Shown here: positions 61,602 to 64,000 of the stretch, piece after piece | Layout: every line of letters begins with the position of its first letter | Numbering within the stretch: the stretch's first letter is position 1 | Assembly (NCBI GenBank): GCA_013239625.1 | Contig: MU056000.1 | Location: 10,055,175 to 10,119,174, forward strand | DNA: 64,000 bases | Reading direction: 5' to 3' | Source: Lama guanicoe | Lineage: Eukaryota | The notes under the pieces: model-generated | What the model was told of the DNA's origin: nothing | The model's database searches: none | What the model saw: only the letters and a program-made list of their open reading frames with translations | Position numbers and translations under genes: made by a program

Positions 61602-64000
61602 CAATGCAAAAAATGAAAAGTCACATTAATGTTACTTTCTGACCTTTGACTTTATCTCCTTACTTTCCGACGAGAACTTACAGCTTACAGTTAGACCAAT
61701 AATTCACGTTTGTAACAACTACCAAAATAATTTCCTCAAAAGAGAAAGAATCAAAGAGATGGATGTTTACTGGCTCAAAAAGCACCATCACCTCAAAGAT
61801 TTGCTGCAGAAAGTTCAGATATTACTGCAAAATGTTTAATATGAATAGTAAATAATATAAACCTGTTTATAAACATACCTGGTATAAAGCCCATATTCTG
61901 AAATGGTTTACTAACTTTAAATGTACCAGCAACATAAACAGTCATTATGATTGTAAACTTACCCCTGCTGTGAATTAACCTATAACATACTTGCACAATA
62001 ATTTAAAATTTGAAACAGTGGAATATTTTGTCATGTGACTGAAAGGTTAACCTACCAGAACAAGTGTTTACCAGCTGAAGTATATATAGGACTTTCCTTT
62101 GCAAACTCTGGTAAGTTCCTTTTTGTTTGTAAATTTAAAATCTGTTCTTTAGAAATGAAAAGTCTTGTAGTCATATATGTCCTTTCTGGACTAGATAGAT
62201 CTGAATACAAAAATGATTGTAAGTTTCTTAAATAATATGTGTTTAAGAAGTAGAATATGGAATTTTTTTTAGTATTTTGATCAAATCAGTACTATGAGGG
62301 AAAAAAACCCTTCTAGATGGAATTAGAAGTATAAAAAGAAATATAACAAATGAAAGTGAAGTAATGGCTAAAATGTATTAGTTATTGTAGAGTGCAGAGA
62401 AGGGAAAGAGAAATAGGTATGGACCAGTTGCATCCTTTCAAGGACCAACAGGCAGGTTTCTGAGGGCCTGGAAGATTCCTGTTCATCCAGGTTGGCCCAG
62501 GGCCCCTGTTGATTGGTGTGTGGGCTTGTGGTCCCTCAGAAGAGTCACACCCCACCCAGCACAGTGGACCAGCTTCTGAACCTTCAGAGCACCCCAGACA
62601 GCTTGGAGCTTCCCAGTTATCTGACTTGACTAAATTCTAAGAGATAATTTTATCCTTAGACATCTTTTCACTTAAAAAAAGGTCTCAGTCAATACATGGT
62701 TTGTTGAATGCTAGGTCTAGGGTGTCCGTGTGTGCAGAGAAGACTGGGACATGATTCCTGGAAGTAAAACAGAATTATCATGAAACACACAGAGACGCTC
62801 TTGATACCTTTTCCTCTACTGTCAGAGTTTAAATAATGCAGCATTATTTCTTTAAGAAGAAGCTTGATTTTATCAGTGAAGTCCTTAATCCATGACCAGG
62901 AAAAATAAGGGGAAAATAACCCCCTTTCCTTCTAATTGGCTACAACCTTTGATCCTTCAGATGTATTCTCTCTGACATAATCCAGCATTCGAATGAGGAA
63001 TGCACAGAAACCAGTTACTTACAGAAGAGGAACATTGATTTTTTTGAATAGAAGATTTAAGTTTTAAAATAGAATATTAAAATTTTAAACAGCTGAAAAA
63101 AATAAAAGCAGTTTTGAATTGCTTGTTTTAAATGATGATTTGCTTACTAAGTGTACTCGTATTTTTGTGTGCTTGTAATCCCACTTTATGTGTAAATATA
63201 AGAGGTGACATTTGTTCTTAAAATTATTAAAAAAAAAATTCACCTTGTCCCTGGGTTTGGCGTCCTACCTTCATCTCGAAAGGAGCAACTGCTCTTTGTG
63301 AGAGCTTGTGTCAGAGCTGTGAGCATCTCTAAGGACAAGTCCTTTCAGCACTGACTCAGAAGGCACCGGCTTGGTAGCACACCGCCTTGGTGGCACACCT
63401 GCTTGTGCGCATGCTCGGACATGCGCGTGCGCACTGCTGTCATTGAATCATCTCTCAGGCATGCAGGCTGTTTTACAAAGCCTGTTCCAAGTTTAAATGC
63501 CAGCCAGGGCCAATTACAAATGCAGAAGTGCCCAAGGAAGGGCTGGAACAGGTAGGTAAGAATTGTTGATATTATTGAGGAGAATAGAAAGAGCTAACTT
63601 TTAATTCGTGAGAGACTGGGAGAACAAAGCAAATGGTCCCATTCTGACCAGGGTACACAAAGGCTGCTGAGAGTAGGAAGAGGGGATTTGGTGCCCTGTT
63701 GCTTTATTTTTTAATTAACACATTGTATTTGAATTTGACTTGGGTCAGAAATTTTGAGAGAGTGATTCCCATGTTTTTTATTTGTGCAGGACTCATACTT
63801 GTTCACTTATTTTCTGGCAGTCAGAGAAACCAAATAGGGCAAGCTGTGTTTTCTCCACGCTTAGGTGATGAAAGCAGTGTACAGTTAGTAAGTGACAAAG
63901 TTGAGACTAGAAGTCTGTTCTACTGCTGTGAAATCTGTTGCCTCTAGGAAAGGTTTGAGTACCTTGAGGGACACTGAAAGTATGTTCAAGAGATTCAGAA

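Larger units (their letters stand above)
5529..64000 (+). other. TRIO: TRIO intron 1 (partial, continues beyond window)
   Basis: Starts with consensus GTGAGT. No sequence encoding exon 2 (FRKNDEMKAMDVLPILKEK) was seen. Repeat-rich non-coding composition; TRIO intron 1 is known to exceed 100 kb in human. Confidence 0.88.

Noticed and set aside
1..64000. CRISPR arrays, operons, rRNA or other prokaryote-type systems
   Set aside because: The sequence is mammalian intronic and promoter DNA. No repeat-spacer array or gene-dense region is present.

Overview
Mammalian genomic DNA, most likely camelid given the Vic-1-like tRNA-derived SINEs. It is not a prokaryotic or accessory region. The window holds about 4.5 kb of upstream sequence, the CpG-island promoter and first coding exon of TRIO (+ strand, ...GPAATASAAGSGCGGGAGEGAEEAAKDLADIAAFFRS-G, donor GTGAGT at 5529), and about 58 kb of TRIO intron 1. 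I did not find exon 2 (GFRKNDEMKAM...) in the window. The intron carries ancient and lineage-specific repeats: L1, MIR, L2, MER5, MER81, Tigger2-like, MLT1, an ERVL LTR and SINEs. I see no evidence of a new multi-gene system. The most notable observations are: (1) the canonical TRIO start codon and first ~15 codons are absent, with an in-frame upstream ATG and a strong-Kozak uORF instead; (2) a textbook recursive-splice-type site at 40908; (3) two candidate alternative phase-1 first exons; (4) structurally odd SINE copies; (5) a few compact transcription-factor motif clusters. Repeat subfamily names come from my recall of consensus sequences and their boundaries are approximate.
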